Virus record (IMG/VR): IMGVR_UViG_3300028405_000018 | Span: 1 to 24,865 of that record | Reading direction: 5' to 3' (one strand) | Length of the DNA stretch: 24,865 nt | Origin: a virus | Lineage: Duplodnaviria; Caudoviricetes | Shown: positions 24,572 through 24,865 of the stretch, one piece after another | How the letters are laid out: each line of letters opens with the position of its first letter | Numbering within the stretch: the first letter of the stretch is position 1 | Notes under the pieces: generated by a model | What the model was told of the DNA's origin: nothing | Database searches by the model: none | Seen by the model: only the letters and a program-made list of their open reading frames with translations | Made by a program: the position numbers and the translations under genes

Positions 24572-24865
24572 TTAGTTTGCTGAATTAGCGATTCCGTATG
24601 TTACGATGTCCTTAGCAAAAGTATATTGAACTGCTGCTGTAAATCTCATAACAAATCTTACGTTTTTACTTCCGTCAGTTTCTGCCATATCAATTAATCT
24701 CACTTCTGAATGATCGGAAAGTAAACCAGTTCCGAACTTAAGGTTTGAAACTCTAGTCGCTAACATTGTATTTGCAGCTAGTCCGTATGTCATAAACAAC
24801 TGAACTCCATCAAATTCTAAAGCTCCTAAACTTTGGTTGTTACCTTGGTTATTTACACCTGCAGC
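24572..24865 (-). CDS. Major capsid protein, C-terminal part (starts beyond the window)
   Basis: Frame is open to the window edge (98 codons); 'FDGV...SNLKFGTGLLSD...DGSKNVRFVMRFTAAVQY'. Confidence 0.8.
   Translation of the reverse strand, partial: AAGVNNQGNNQSLGALEFDGVQLFMTYGLAANTMLATRVSNLKFGTGLLSDHSEVRLIDMAETDGSKNVRFVMRFTAAVQYTFAKDIVTYGIANSAN

Noticed and set aside
1-24865. Genome-wide stop-codon reassignment, tRNA genes, integrase/att site
   Set aside because: Long genes are intact in the standard code and all three stops are used; no cloverleaf or recombinase motif recognised.

Overview
A 24.9 kb segment of an AT-rich tailed phage, probably a siphovirus infecting Bacteroidota/Flavobacteriia (TAnnTTTG promoter boxes, A-rich translation starts without Shine-Dalgarno). 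Every credible gene is on the minus strand. In transcription order (right to left): end of major capsid, major tail, portal with C-terminal extension, head-tail adaptor, small WG-repeat protein, beta-helix spike, lysis cassette (membrane proteins, M15 peptidase, unimolecular-spanin-like lipoprotein), terminator, early promoter and small early genes, SSB-like gene, symmetric iteron origin, Prim-Pol/helicase, SF2 helicase, VRR-NUC, DnaA-domain-IV-like protein, ECF-like sigma factor, ART-like moron, PLD-like nuclease, terS, terL, tail chaperone with a -1 frameshift, and tail genes. No integrase, tRNA or CRISPR array was seen. The most interesting signals are non-coding: a candidate sRNA antisense to the start regions of several early genes, an attC-like cassette with a gene inside its hairpin loop, a kissing-loop/terminator leader on the primase gene, a gene-32-like pseudoknot before the SSB gene, and a candidate phage-sigma late promoter. 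All product calls come from motif recognition by eye; no database search was run.
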